Below are positions 1-10,971 of a stretch of 24,475 bases of DNA, piece by piece. How positions within the stretch are numbered: position 1 is the stretch's first letter; each line of letters begins with the position of its first letter. The stretch lies in the IMG/VR virus record IMGVR_UViG_3300032050_010119, positions 1 to 24,475 of that record. One strand, written 5' to 3'. Both the position numbers and the translations under genes were made by a program. The notes below the pieces were generated by a model that made no database searches, was not told the origin of the DNA, and worked only from the letters and a program-made list of their open reading frames with translations. Source of the DNA: a virus. Lineage: Duplodnaviria > Caudoviricetes.

Positions 1-213
1 GTCAACTGTGCCCGCAATGAATTGACGAACACCAGCACCAGAACCAACGGACTGATAATTAACCCTACTCCCAGAAGTTCGTGCATAATCTTGGAACCAT
101 CGTTGATAAATGGGTGCGGGGAAGGTGGCACCTGCACCATTCAAAGCAGGTCCAGCAAGAGCAGCAACAGGAGCAGCAACCAGACCAACAGCAATAAAGT
201 TTTTGAATTTCAT
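1..213 (-). CDS. pstS: Phosphate ABC transporter substrate-binding protein PstS, 5' part (runs off the window edge; missing from the ORF track)
   Basis: Manual translation from ATG at 213: MKFKNFIAVGLVAAPVAALAGPALNGAGATFPAPIYQRWFQDYARTSGSRVNYQSVGSGAGVRQFIAGTVD. It has a signal peptide plus the PstS motifs GAGATFPAP and NYQSVGSGAG. Confidence 0.95.
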   Translation of the reverse strand, partial: MKFKNFIAVGLVAAPVAALAGPALNGAGATFPAPIYQRWFQDYARTSGSRVNYQSVGSGAGVRQFIAGTVD

Positions 214-248
214 AAAAAGTTTTTAGAAGTGAATTGACTTCATAAGTA

Positions 249-293
249 ATGATACTGGAAGACAATCTTAAAGTCCACTAAGATTTGGTTAAG
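249..293 (-). promoter_or_regulatory. Candidate Pho box and -10 element upstream of pstS
   Basis: Minus strand reads CTTAACCA-aat-CTTAGTGG-ac-TTTAAGAT, spaced about 11 bp apart and resembling cyanobacterial YTTAAYYW repeats, followed by TATCAT (249-254). The second and third repeats are degenerate. Confidence 0.5.
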
Positions 294-295
294 GT

Positions 296-1606
<1,311 letters not shown>

Positions 1607-3073
1607 TCAGAACTTGAAAGTTGTCTGAATTACGCCACCCCAATTAGAGGAGTTATCAGCAAGGCGCTGATTGTCACTTCCGTAGATGATAGCAGGAGTG
1701 ACGCTGATGTTATCAGATACTTGATACTTGTAGAAGATCTCAAGCATAGTTGCCTTTTCAAGATCTTCTCCAGTAGGTGCCTGACCGATAGCAACACCAG
1801 CAGAGTTACCATCAACAAACACATCATCCCAAGTCAAACCAGCAAACCAGGATTGACTGTTCGTAGCATCACTAGGAGTACCACTTACAGTGTTCCAACC
1901 ATAACCACCAGAGATAGAGGGAACCCAACCAGATTGAGTGGGTTGCCAATATGCGTTGATGGCATAACCATTAGAGGTTTGACCAGGAACCAGAGCACCA
2001 GAAGCACCGTTCAGACCGTTATAAGTGCGGACACGAGTACCTTCAGTACCATAACGATAACCAAAAGCAGCACCCCAGTTAGTACCACGATAACCAACTT
2101 GTGCCAAGGTATTAAGAGCACCAGACTTGTCAAACTCACCAGTAGAACTATCAGCACCATTCTGTGCCACATAGTTTACACCAGCAACAAGACCTTTCTT
2201 ACCATACTGAACACCAAAACCTGAACCAGTTGCCTTGTTATAAACACCAGGAGCACCTGCTACTTGGAAGAAGTCAAGAATGTTTGACTTATAAGCAGTA
2301 GGAATCCAAGCCATTTCAGTGTTACGAACCAGAGCACCAGCGGTCAGGGTGGTGCTACCGTTGAACACAGGGAACTGATAATACAGACGGTCAATAACTA
2401 CGTTGTTGCCAACTTCACTAACAGTGTTGTCTGCTTTATCCAGTTTAAAGATTGAAGAACTGGAACCGAAAGGATTGCTGCTGAAGTTAGAAGAACGCAG
2501 ACGGGTCTTGAGAAGATCCTTACCAGTGAAAGAAGTGTCCAGATTCAAACGCAGATCATAGTTAAATGCAGTGTGAGTGATGTCGCCATCCTTGGTTTGG
2601 TAATTATCTACGCCACCAAGAACAAAGTTTGCTTCACCACGCAGTTTAGTTGTGGTGGAGAACTGTTGTGCTTCAAGAGTGGTAACCTGTGCTTCCAGTT
2701 TATCTACACGGCCACGAAGAACAGCGAGTTCTTGAGCAAACTCTGCCTGCAGACGCTTGAGTTCATCAGTAACTTCAGTCACACGATCCAGGCAAGCGTT
2801 GAGCAATGCTGCTGCCTCATAGCGGGTCATTGCACGACCACCACCAAAGGTTCCATTAGGATAACCAGCAACGCAACCATAACGCTCTACAAGGTTGCTG
2901 AGTGCTTGGTATGCCCAATCAGTAGGACGGACATCTGAGAATTGAGTGACGCTTGTAACCTGTTCTGAGGAATATTGGTTGACTGCTGCCATATTCAGAT
3001 CTGCGGCATTCGCAGCAACAGGAGCAACCATTCCCATAGCAACAGGTGCAAGCATCAGTTGTTTGAGTTTCAT
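1607..3073 (-). CDS. Cyanobacterial outer-membrane porin (Som/OprB-type 'iron uptake porin') with SLH domain
   Basis: Signal peptide, SLH motif FSDVRPTDWAYQAL...GYPNGTF...TRYEAAALL, coiled coil, FSTTTKLRGE, beta-barrel-like strands and a terminal Phe (TTFKF). Confidence 0.93.
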   Translation of the reverse strand: MKLKQLMLAPVAMGMVAPVAANAADLNMAAVNQYSSEQVTSVTQFSDVRPTDWAYQALSNLVERYGCVAGYPNGTFGGGRAMTRYEAAALLNACLDRVTEVTDELKRLQAEFAQELAVLRGRVDKLEAQVTTLEAQQFSTTTKLRGEANFVLGGVDNYQTKDGDITHTAFNYDLRLNLDTSFTGKDLLKTRLRSSNFSSNPFGSSSSIFKLDKADNTVSEVGNNVVIDRLYYQFPVFNGSTTLTAGALVRNTEMAWIPTAYKSNILDFFQVAGAPGVYNKATGSGFGVQYGKKGLVAGVNYVAQNGADSSTGEFDKSGALNTLAQVGYRGTNWGAAFGYRYGTEGTRVRTYNGLNGASGALVPGQTSNGYAINAYWQPTQSGWVPSISGGYGWNTVSGTPSDATNSQSWFAGLTWDDVFVDGNSAGVAIGQAPTGEDLEKATMLEIFYKYQVSDNISVTPAIIYGSDNQRLADNSSNWGGVIQTTFKF

Positions 3074-3137
3074 AAAAGTGTTTTAGTACTAAACGACATT
3101 TAGATTGTTAAGAATTACAACAGTATTCTTAAGTACT

Positions 3138-3171
3138 TATTTAGTGTAGTAGATACTTAAGATTCTGTCAA
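3138..3171 (-). promoter_or_regulatory. Sigma70-type promoter overlapped by a late-type TAAATA box, upstream of the porin
   Basis: TTGACA (3166-3171), 17 bp spacer, TACACT (3143-3148), then TAAATA (3138-3143) overlapping its last base. Confidence 0.75.
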
Positions 3172-3971
3172 GGGTCTTGTTGTTGGAAAGTAGAATTTTC
3201 TGTTATCCGACCCAAATAAGGATCATAATTCATATAATCTCTAATATCAATACTTGCGCCATTTTGTTGCCAGTACTGTGAAAGAGCCTTGTGGTTTCCT
3301 CTATGGAAAGCATCAATATGTTCAGGATGAATACTAGATCCCAATTCAATCCTATAAAGAAGAAGAGGAATTGAATAGGTATTTCCAGAATTATAAATCA
3401 AGTCATCGGCAACAGGACGTGGTTTAACTCCATTATCGAGTTTATACTTATCACCACGAACATGAAACTTCAAAAGTTTTTCTGCATGATGTCTGGTAAT
3501 CAAGTAACAAGCTGTAGAAAAATCATTTACAAATCTTTTATGAAGTTTAACGTGAATATCACCAGTACAAATAATTGCCAACTGAATCACATCCCAATCA
3601 TATGGAATATGAGAGTAAAAATCCTGCCAAATAAAATTCCAGTATTTTACAAGATCTAAATTGCAGTCATCTTCCATAATAATTGCATATGGACTATCGG
3701 AGGTTTCCATCCAATACTTAATTGCCTTCAAGTGAGAAGTTGTACATCCAATCTCACTTGAAGACATCATATCTGGATATTTTCCTTTAATAATACCACT
3801 TAAGTCATCTTCACGACCATCGTATGCAGATATTCTAGTATAATTTTCTATTTCCCAATATTGAAATTGGTCTTCCATATATTTTCGTCTTTCTGGTTGC
3901 TCATCAAGATTCAAATAATAGATTGGACCAAAATTTTTTAATTTGTATGTTGATTTATTTTTGTCCATCAA
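3168..3971 (-). CDS. Glycosyltransferase family 25
   Basis: Motifs YYLNLDEQPERR, RISAYDG, SEIGCTTSHLKAI, IIMEDD and STACYLITR. Confidence 0.88.
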   Translation of the reverse strand: MMDKNKSTYKLKNFGPIYYLNLDEQPERRKYMEDQFQYWEIENYTRISAYDGREDDLSGIIKGKYPDMMSSSEIGCTTSHLKAIKYWMETSDSPYAIIMEDDCNLDLVKYWNFIWQDFYSHIPYDWDVIQLAIICTGDIHVKLHKRFVNDFSTACYLITRHHAEKLLKFHVRGDKYKLDNGVKPRPVADDLIYNSGNTYSIPLLLYRIELGSSIHPEHIDAFHRGNHKALSQYWQQNGASIDIRDYMNYDPYLGRITENSTFQQQDP

Positions 3972-4854
3972 TCCAGTCCTTTAAATTTACTTTCGGATCC
4001 CATCCAAAAACAGTTTTCAATTTCCCATTATTTGCAAGAGTAGTTCTCGCCTCACCAATCCTTGGCGGAATGTTAATTTTGTTTGAAGAAATAGCACTTG
4101 CAATTTCATTGATAGAATAGTTAATACTATTGCCAACATTATAAACTTCTCCATAGTATTCACAATCAACATCTTTAAATGCGGCAAGAATATTTGCAGA
4201 TACAACATCAGAAACATGAGTAAAATCTCTACGTTGTTCACCATCACCAACTATGGTTAATGATTCTCCAGCAGCACGTTGACGTAAGAAAATTCCAATA
4301 ACGGGAGCATATTGTCCATTAATAGGAGAGCGTTCTCCATAAACATTAAAATATCGGAATACTATGGTTTTTAATCCAAAGAGTTTTGTATACATTGAAC
4401 AGAGTTTTTCACCTGCAACTTTAGATACAGAATATGGATTCAAACAGTCGTCGGGTTGTCCTTCATGATTAGGAGGTTCATTAAAACCATATCCAGAAGA
4501 AGTTGAAGAGTAAATAACTTTTTTTACCCCAGCCTCTCTAGAACATTGAAGAACTGTACAAGTACCAACACAATTTTTTGTAACTGCTTCAATGGGATTT
4601 AAAATTGCAGGTTGTATTCTCGACTCCGCAGCTAAATGAAATACGTAATCAACTCCGTCATAAAGAGGTCTTGTTTTTTCATAATCTAAAATATCATATT
4701 TGTAATTTTCAGATTTGCGATTCCAGTAAAATTCTTCATTAGACTCTGCACTTTCATTATCAATTGCAATTACTTCGTATCCAGATCTAACCAATTCATC
4801 AACAAGATTGGATCCAATAAATCCTGCTGCCCCTGTAACCAAACATTTAGTCAT
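3955..4854 (-). CDS. NAD-dependent nucleotide-sugar epimerase/dehydratase (extended SDR, GalE/WbpP-like)
   Basis: Motifs TGAAGFIGS, HLAA, YSVSK (YxxxK), RYFNVYG and GDGEQRRDFTHV. Confidence 0.92.
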   Translation of the reverse strand: MTKCLVTGAAGFIGSNLVDELVRSGYEVIAIDNESAESNEEFYWNRKSENYKYDILDYEKTRPLYDGVDYVFHLAAESRIQPAILNPIEAVTKNCVGTCTVLQCSREAGVKKVIYSSTSSGYGFNEPPNHEGQPDDCLNPYSVSKVAGEKLCSMYTKLFGLKTIVFRYFNVYGERSPINGQYAPVIGIFLRQRAAGESLTIVGDGEQRRDFTHVSDVVSANILAAFKDVDCEYYGEVYNVGNSINYSINEIASAISSNKINIPPRIGEARTTLANNGKLKTVFGWDPKVNLKDWIDGQK

Positions 4855-5602
4855 ATTCTTTATACCGTATTTTTTTATTTAAAATAGATTCATAAATTTG
4901 TGTTTTTAATTTGGTTGAAGAATAATTATGAGATTGTCTATCTAACCAAATAATATCGATATTAATTTCTTTTCCAGAATAAGAACCATCTTGATAATCT
5001 GTTCCTAAAAATCTAACCTGATATTTACCGCTCTTAAGATAATCATGAAATTCGTCTTCAACAGAATAATATACCACACTATCTATGTTTTTCATAGACA
5101 ATAAAATTTCTGTTCTTTCAGCAATAGAATGGACTGGTTCAAGTTTATGTTTTCTTTCTAAAGACGGATCAACGTGAAGAGCTATTGTTAAATGATTACA
5201 ATATTTTTTAGAATCTTTAAACATTCTAACATATCCAGGATGAATTATATCAAAAGCTCCAGCAATAATACCTCTTTTTAGAGGTTGCTGCTTTTTCCAA
5301 TCTTCAACATTTACTCCCTTATCATCAATAAAAATATCTGCAGTCGGTTTACAAAACATTGGAAATAATTCATGGTACTTAAATCCCCAATCACTAAGTT
5401 GTTTTTTAGTTAGTTTAGTGTGGTCGATACCAGAACCCTTTCCTCTGGCAGTTTGCATAATGATATAATTACCTTCATCATACAAACGATTTACTTGCTT
5501 AACCATAAACGAAAATGGTTGAGCATTTTCATAATCGGGGTTTCCATTTTCTTTGTTTGGAGTATAACAAAGAGTTCCATCAATATCAAAACAATATCTC
5601 AT
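4847..5602 (-). CDS. Fusion of a HAD-family phosphatase and a HIGH-family nucleotidyltransferase (TagD/RfaE-II-like)
   Basis: The likely start is MRYCFDIDGT at 5602 (ATGA overlap with gmhA). HAD motifs FDIDGT, TARG and KPTADIFIDDK are followed by AGAFDIIHPGY, GTDY and YSSTKLK. Confidence 0.82.
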   Translation of the reverse strand: MRYCFDIDGTLCYTPNKENGNPDYENAQPFSFMVKQVNRLYDEGNYIIMQTARGKGSGIDHTKLTKKQLSDWGFKYHELFPMFCKPTADIFIDDKGVNVEDWKKQQPLKRGIIAGAFDIIHPGYVRMFKDSKKYCNHLTIALHVDPSLERKHKLEPVHSIAERTEILLSMKNIDSVVYYSVEDEFHDYLKSGKYQVRFLGTDYQDGSYSGKEINIDIIWLDRQSHNYSSTKLKTQIYESILNKKIRYKEYD

Positions 5603-6105
5603 ACAACTCCATGAAGAAATATTTGATGAACACACTCAACAATTCCATAATCATTACTGCCAATGTGGTAATCCCAAAGAGAACTATTAGCAATGCTTCT
5701 TGCTTTATTGGAAGCATTAAATCCAGTCAAAATCCCATATGGAATTGAAGTATTTTCACAATATTTAATACAATTAATAATATTTTTAGACTCTCCTCCA
5801 GAACTAATTAGAATACAAAGAGTATCTGCTTTTGCATAATACTGAAGAAATTTACAGTAAGCATTCTCCATCCCAAAATCATTGACAAAACATGTTAACA
5901 TTGACGGGTCAGAAAATACCATAGAATTTTTGTTGTGAAATTTCACATAATCTTGCGAAATATGCGAAGCAACAGAATTGCTCCCACCATTTCCAAGAAT
6001 AATAATATTATTATATTTTCCAAAGGCATCTTTGAACTTTTCAAATTCTTTTTCCATATTGGCACATTGAAGTGCTTTAATATATTCGCTGAAAGGATTA
6101 TTCAT
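5599..6105 (-). CDS. gmhA: SIS-domain phosphoheptose isomerase (GmhA-like)
   Basis: Motifs GNGGSNSVASH, NDFGME, ISSGGESKNI and YGIVECVH. Confidence 0.82.
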   Translation of the reverse strand: MNNPFSEYIKALQCANMEKEFEKFKDAFGKYNNIIILGNGGSNSVASHISQDYVKFHNKNSMVFSDPSMLTCFVNDFGMENAYCKFLQYYAKADTLCILISSGGESKNIINCIKYCENTSIPYGILTGFNASNKARSIANSSLWDYHIGSNDYGIVECVHQIFLHGVV

Positions 6106-6139
6106 TTTCGCTTTAAATACAAAGTAGAATTTAATGGTA

Positions 6140-7087
6140 TCATAATTTTTTCCCCTTTACACCATCCAAAGATACATTTATTTTAATAGAAGAAAACGGT
6201 AAAGTCAATTTATTCTTCTTTGAAAAAGTTAAGAAAAATCCCCCATTTCCTGCGCCGCATAATTTATGCGAAATTACTAGAGGATTATTTATTAAATAAT
6301 TGTCAATTTCCATGATTTTTGAATTCTCACTGATCATAGAACTTGTTTTTTTCTTTTGGTCCCAACTCTCATTTAAAAGATATAAAAATTCCTCATAATC
6401 TTTATTAATGATTGAATCATAAGCTTTTTCAAGTGTGGGTAAAAGAGGAGAAATTTTATCAAGATTGCAACTTATATCTTTGAGGATTTTTTTAGAATTG
6501 CGCGTAACACCAGTAAAAATTAAATGTGCATCATAATACTCAAAAAGTTCGGTTGATAAAAAATTGTACTTTATAATTCCACCTTTTTGGAATTCGATTC
6601 TCTTAAATCCACCTATCCCACAACCATAAGGATCTTGATATCCACAGTATGGGTTAAATTCTCTTTCCAAATTATAAGCAATTTCACAAATTTCTATATC
6701 AGTTAGATGTAAATTGTTTGACAAAGAAATACACTTAATCAAGGAGATAATATAAGAAGATGATGAAGCTAATCCACTTCCCTGAGAGTAGGCATCACTA
6801 GTCATAGAAACAAGAGAAGGAGAAACTTTAAAGTATTCTAATACAACTCTAACTAATTCATTTTGAATTTCTTTAGTATGAAGAACTTCTTCTCTTTTTG
6901 AATAATTGATAATATACTTATTACCTTCTTTATTGTACCCAATTTTATCTTCGTGAAGTGTAATGTATGTTTTTAAATCGCAAGTAAAACTTATAACAGA
7001 TCCATATCCATATTGTTCCACAAAATATGGATTATCTGTCGAACCACCAAATAATGAAACTCTTAAGGGGCAAGAAGAAACGTACAT
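6140..7087 (-). CDS. GHMP-family sugar kinase (HddA-like D-glycero-D-manno-heptose-7-phosphate kinase)
   Basis: The likely start is MYVSSCPLRVSLFGGSTD at 7087 (TAATG overlap). Motifs GSGLASSS, GYQD and KLCGAGNGGF. Confidence 0.85.
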   Translation of the reverse strand: MYVSSCPLRVSLFGGSTDNPYFVEQYGYGSVISFTCDLKTYITLHEDKIGYNKEGNKYIINYSKREEVLHTKEIQNELVRVVLEYFKVSPSLVSMTSDAYSQGSGLASSSSYIISLIKCISLSNNLHLTDIEICEIAYNLEREFNPYCGYQDPYGCGIGGFKRIEFQKGGIIKYNFLSTELFEYYDAHLIFTGVTRNSKKILKDISCNLDKISPLLPTLEKAYDSIINKDYEEFLYLLNESWDQKKKTSSMISENSKIMEIDNYLINNPLVISHKLCGAGNGGFFLTFSKKNKLTLPFSSIKINVSLDGVKGKKL

Positions 7088-7944
7088 TAGATTACAATCC
7101 AATTATCAACATAAAGATCTCTGGTATTCTTATCGGCATATAAAGGTCCAAACCACATTTTTGGACATATTACTTTTTTGTTGGGATTATTTTGCAACCA
7201 AGCACCCCACCAAGATAAACTACTGTTTGCAATTATAGAATGTGAACATAAAGACATTAAACATAAATCAATGTAAGGAGTATAAGATCCGTCTGGATAT
7301 TTATCCGTTGGTTCAGAAATAAGAAATCTATCGCTATTAAAAAGTTCTTGTTTTTTACACCACTCAGGAGAATCTGAAAAAATAATAACTGGTTGATCTT
7401 TATCAAAAAATTTCAATGCTTCTTCATAATACTCAATTGGTTGAGGTGGATGTTGACCAGAACACTGAGTATAAGACCATTTAAATCCCCTAGAATCCAC
7501 TAAATTGGGATCACCTCGTCTGACGTGAAGCATAATGGGTTCTAAGTTATGATATTGAGATATCATTTCCTTACAGGGATTTAAATATTGTTCTATAAAA
7601 GTAAAATCACTACGAATTTCATTTGAAATATGTCTAAAGTATTTTTCTGTTTGAAAAAATCCATATAAACTTATGTTATCCGGACAATTTTCAAATAAAT
7701 CCGAATCAAAATCAAAAGATTTTTCCTGAATGTATGAAAAATCTTCCATAACTGCTAGATTTTCTTCCTTTACTGATTGTAGTTTAAAGCACTTATGGAG
7801 ACTATAATTTTCTATTCCAGATATGTTAAAAGGAGGAATGCACCAGTCATAACGATGATATGATGCAATTCCCCTTAGGGCAGCATACTCAAACATTTGA
7901 TTGCCTAATCTGCCAAGATTTCCTATATGATTAAATGCCAACAT
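7087..7944 (-). CDS. Glycosyltransferase family 11 (alpha-1,2-fucosyltransferase-like)
   Basis: Motifs GRLGNQMF, YGFFQTEKYF, HVRRGD, IFSD and IIANSSLSWWGAWL. Confidence 0.92.
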   Translation of the reverse strand: MLAFNHIGNLGRLGNQMFEYAALRGIASYHRYDWCIPPFNISGIENYSLHKCFKLQSVKEENLAVMEDFSYIQEKSFDFDSDLFENCPDNISLYGFFQTEKYFRHISNEIRSDFTFIEQYLNPCKEMISQYHNLEPIMLHVRRGDPNLVDSRGFKWSYTQCSGQHPPQPIEYYEEALKFFDKDQPVIIFSDSPEWCKKQELFNSDRFLISEPTDKYPDGSYTPYIDLCLMSLCSHSIIANSSLSWWGAWLQNNPNKKVICPKMWFGPLYADKNTRDLYVDNWIVI

Positions 7945-8761
7945 ATTTTTTAAGATAAGATTGATAAGAATAATATTCTTTAAGTTGATTAGAACTCATT
8001 TTCTGAAGTGTCTCCCACAATTCAAAATTTTGTTTCATATATGGATTTCCTTGAATCGATGCTGGCCAAGAATTTCTTCCTCTACTATGTTCCAAATGAT
8101 AAATCAAATTATCAACTCTACCTACATTATACCCTAAAGTTTTAAATCTATAAAATCTCTCTTTGTCTTCTGGAGAAGAACCTCTGAAATTTTCATTCTC
8201 CATACCACCTTCAATATAGGACAATCTATTAAAAAATTGAACCCAACCAAAATCAGAAGTAGAGATATTAGACTTTGAATCCAATATATTAAAATCGTAA
8301 TTCTGATTAAGAAAATCAGAAACTAAAGCGTCGTTTGCTAGTATTTGTTTTTGGTATGTTCCATTTCCATAGGGATAAACAAGATCATATCCTTCATTCA
8401 AAATCATATTATATGAACTAACATATGATTTCAAAGGTAGAAGAACATCGCAATCGTAATTAACAACTATTTCAGTATCACAGAGAGAAATCATTTCATT
8501 CAAAATCTGCATCCTATAAAATACAGGATCATCGGAATGTTCAAAAATATGCAACAAAGAAATTTCTTCTTTACCAAGAAACTCTTTTATTTGCGGAATA
8601 ACTTTATGTTCAAATACAGGATTATTATCTACCTCTTTTACTACTATTTTTGTATTAAAATTTCCAAGTAAAAAACATAACAAGGTAATAATATTTCTCA
8701 TTCTATCTTCAGATTCAATTCTTAAAGGAATGATGAAAGTGGATTTTGATAAATCAATCAT
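7931..8761 (-). CDS. GT-A glycosyltransferase with a GT7-C/galactosyltransferase-like C-terminus
   Basis: The likely start is MIDLSKSTFIIP at 8761. DxD motif NYDCDV, GGMENENF...PEDKE and YHLEHSR. Confidence 0.75.
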   Translation of the reverse strand: MIDLSKSTFIIPLRIESEDRMRNIITLLCFLLGNFNTKIVVKEVDNNPVFEHKVIPQIKEFLGKEEISLLHIFEHSDDPVFYRMQILNEMISLCDTEIVVNYDCDVLLPLKSYVSSYNMILNEGYDLVYPYGNGTYQKQILANDALVSDFLNQNYDFNILDSKSNISTSDFGWVQFFNRLSYIEGGMENENFRGSSPEDKERFYRFKTLGYNVGRVDNLIYHLEHSRGRNSWPASIQGNPYMKQNFELWETLQKMSSNQLKEYYSYQSYLKKYVGI

Positions 8762-9524
8762 TTGGATATTTCCAGGTTTTAAAAAATTCTGAATGTTTGT
8801 TTTGTATATATTCAAATTCACTCTGTATGAATTGCCAAGAAGATCCATCTGCTTCAATAACTATGTCATAGTTATTAGAAAATTTCGCAGAAACTCTATC
8901 TTCTCTTATCCTACTTGTAGTTAAAACATCATTTAAAAAATAAGGCAATCCATACTTCATTCTCAGACGGTGATACCACTCATGGTCAATTCCCATAGTT
9001 ATATTTGTATCAAAGTATTCTTTACAGTCATTCCTAATAGTAATATTAGTAGGAGCACCAAGGAGATTATTTCCAACTAAAAGGTGGTCAGGATATTGAG
9101 GAATTTTCTCATTAAAAAAATTTTTCCCGTCATAAGTATGATTAAATCCATTTACTAACCAGGATTTACCACTTTCTTCCAAGGAAGAAACTATTTTTTC
9201 TAATGCACACTTTGATACAAAAAAATCATCATGGTGTAAAATTTTTATATATTTTCCAGAGCAATAATCTAAGCAATAATTTGCATTAAATGTAGGAATG
9301 CCCTTGCCATAAAAATTTTTAATGTAAACCACTTTAATTTTTTTAGAGTATTCTTCACACAAATTTAAAAGAATATTACTTTCAGAATGATCAGATATGA
9401 CAACTTCATAATCCGAAAAATTTTGTTCTTCTATAGATTGTAAAGCATCTTTTAAATATAGAACACCTGCATTGCCATGAGCATATGCAGGTATTGCGAT
9501 AGAAACTTTTACAGAACTTTCCAT
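8754..9524 (-). CDS. Glycosyltransferase family 2
   Basis: Motifs VSIAIPAY, EVVISDHS and ILHHDD. Confidence 0.87.
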   Translation of the reverse strand: MESSVKVSIAIPAYAHGNAGVLYLKDALQSIEEQNFSDYEVVISDHSESNILLNLCEEYSKKIKVVYIKNFYGKGIPTFNANYCLDYCSGKYIKILHHDDFFVSKCALEKIVSSLEESGKSWLVNGFNHTYDGKNFFNEKIPQYPDHLLVGNNLLGAPTNITIRNDCKEYFDTNITMGIDHEWYHRLRMKYGLPYFLNDVLTTSRIREDRVSAKFSNNYDIVIEADGSSWQFIQSEFEYIQNKHSEFFKTWKYPND

Positions 9525-10294
9525 GTTTTTGGAATCAAATCAACAGTAGATACAGATTTGGCAGCTGGTCCATACCATTTTTTAGGAGCAATAACTTGAC
9601 TAGATCCAGATAACCAAGCACCCCACCACGAAAAAGAAGAATTTGCGATAATATGGTGAGTGGACATGGACATTAAACAGAGATCTATTAAATTCCAACC
9701 AGAGTCAGAAATCATAAAACGGTCAGAAGAAAATAAATCTTGAGTCTTACACCACTTTGGATCATCTGAAAAGATTATAACAGGAATACTTGAATCAAAT
9801 TTTTCTAGAGATTCCTTATAATATTCCAACTCACACAATGGATGATAGTATGATTTATTGACATAATCACCTCTTCTTATATGAAGAGAAACAATTTTAT
9901 CAAAGTTAAATTCTTCTTTGCATGGTTTTAAAATTTCATCTTTAAAAGTAAAATCTTCACGAATACTATCAGATATATTTTTAAAATATTTTTCTGTCTG
10001 AAAAAATCCATAAAGACTTACGTTATCTGGACAGTTATTAACATATTCTAGGTTAAATACGTGTGATTGATTTTCTTCTTCTTTATAAAAGTCTCCAGAA
10101 ACATACCCAGTATTTTTTAGATTAGGTAACGTGAATGCTTCAAATAATTGGTGCTGATTCCATTCATTTTCAAAATTAGATTCAGGTATCATAAAATCAT
10201 ATCCATGTTTAGCAGCAATGCCCCTCAATGCTGCATATTGAAACATTTGATTTCCAAGTCTTCCGTTTTTTCCTAAATGATTATATCCTATCAT
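9509..10294 (-). CDS. Glycosyltransferase family 11
   Basis: Motifs GRLGNQMFQYA, HIRRGDY and IIANSSFSWWGAWL. Confidence 0.93.
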   Translation of the reverse strand: MIGYNHLGKNGRLGNQMFQYAALRGIAAKHGYDFMIPESNFENEWNQHQLFEAFTLPNLKNTGYVSGDFYKEEENQSHVFNLEYVNNCPDNVSLYGFFQTEKYFKNISDSIREDFTFKDEILKPCKEEFNFDKIVSLHIRRGDYVNKSYYHPLCELEYYKESLEKFDSSIPVIIFSDDPKWCKTQDLFSSDRFMISDSGWNLIDLCLMSMSTHHIIANSSFSWWGAWLSGSSQVIAPKKWYGPAAKSVSTVDLIPKTWKVL

Positions 10295-10971
10295 AACTTT
10301 GTGCCTGGTGGTAAGTGATAATGAAAACCGAATGGTTTAATTCCCTTCGTTTCTGGAAGTGGTTTTTCATGAGAAAACCTAGAAGCTACTTCAACTGGGG
10401 CGAATTTACAACCAAGAACTTCATAAATGTGTCTATTATGTACACAAATACAACCATCCTCGGCAGTATCATTCGCGTTCATATGCTTATAAAATTTTCC
10501 CCAATTCACATCAAAATGAACATAGGCATTTAAAGGGACTTCTAAAAGTTTTTTACTTCTTAGAGAAAATCCCCCATTACCAACCCTGTGATGATTTCCC
10601 CATGGGTCAAGATAAGAGTGATCAACATATTCCCAAGGTGCTCCAATATAGTCATATGTTAACCAAAGAGGATCCCATTGCTCAGGATTTATTACAAATC
10701 CATCAGCTTGAATAACAAGACAATGAGAAGTGTTTACATGCCTATACAAATCAAAGATCATATAATGACTATACGAATCTATAGAAGTAATTGGATTGCA
10801 TTTTTCTATAGAAATTCCATTTTCAATAAAACCCGAAGGATTTTGATCGGTTACAAGTTTAACATCTCCAAAATTAATTTTTTGCATACTTTTTTGAAAA
10901 GCATATAAAGTATGCTCAAAGTTTACAGAAGAGACACAAATTAGAGTTACATCAGGAAGATTTAACATCAT
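10291..10971 (-). CDS. DUF5672-like putative glycosyltransferase
   Basis: Motifs LVIQADG, YDYIGAPW, VGNGGFSLRSK, AEDG and PFGFH. Confidence 0.8.
   Translation of the reverse strand: MMLNLPDVTLICVSSVNFEHTLYAFQKSMQKINFGDVKLVTDQNPSGFIENGISIEKCNPITSIDSYSHYMIFDLYRHVNTSHCLVIQADGFVINPEQWDPLWLTYDYIGAPWEYVDHSYLDPWGNHHRVGNGGFSLRSKKLLEVPLNAYVHFDVNWGKFYKHMNANDTAEDGCICVHNRHIYEVLGCKFAPVEVASRFSHEKPLPETKGIKPFGFHYHLPPGTKL

Noticed and set aside
22-265. Track ORFs 22..237 (+) and 65..265 (-, Cys-rich)
   Set aside because: They are shadow frames of the real pstS 5' end at 1..213 on the minus strand.
3107-3161. Pho box upstream of the porin (three CTTAA-like words)
   Set aside because: Spacing is 21 and 28 bp, not the 11-bp tandem repeat expected.
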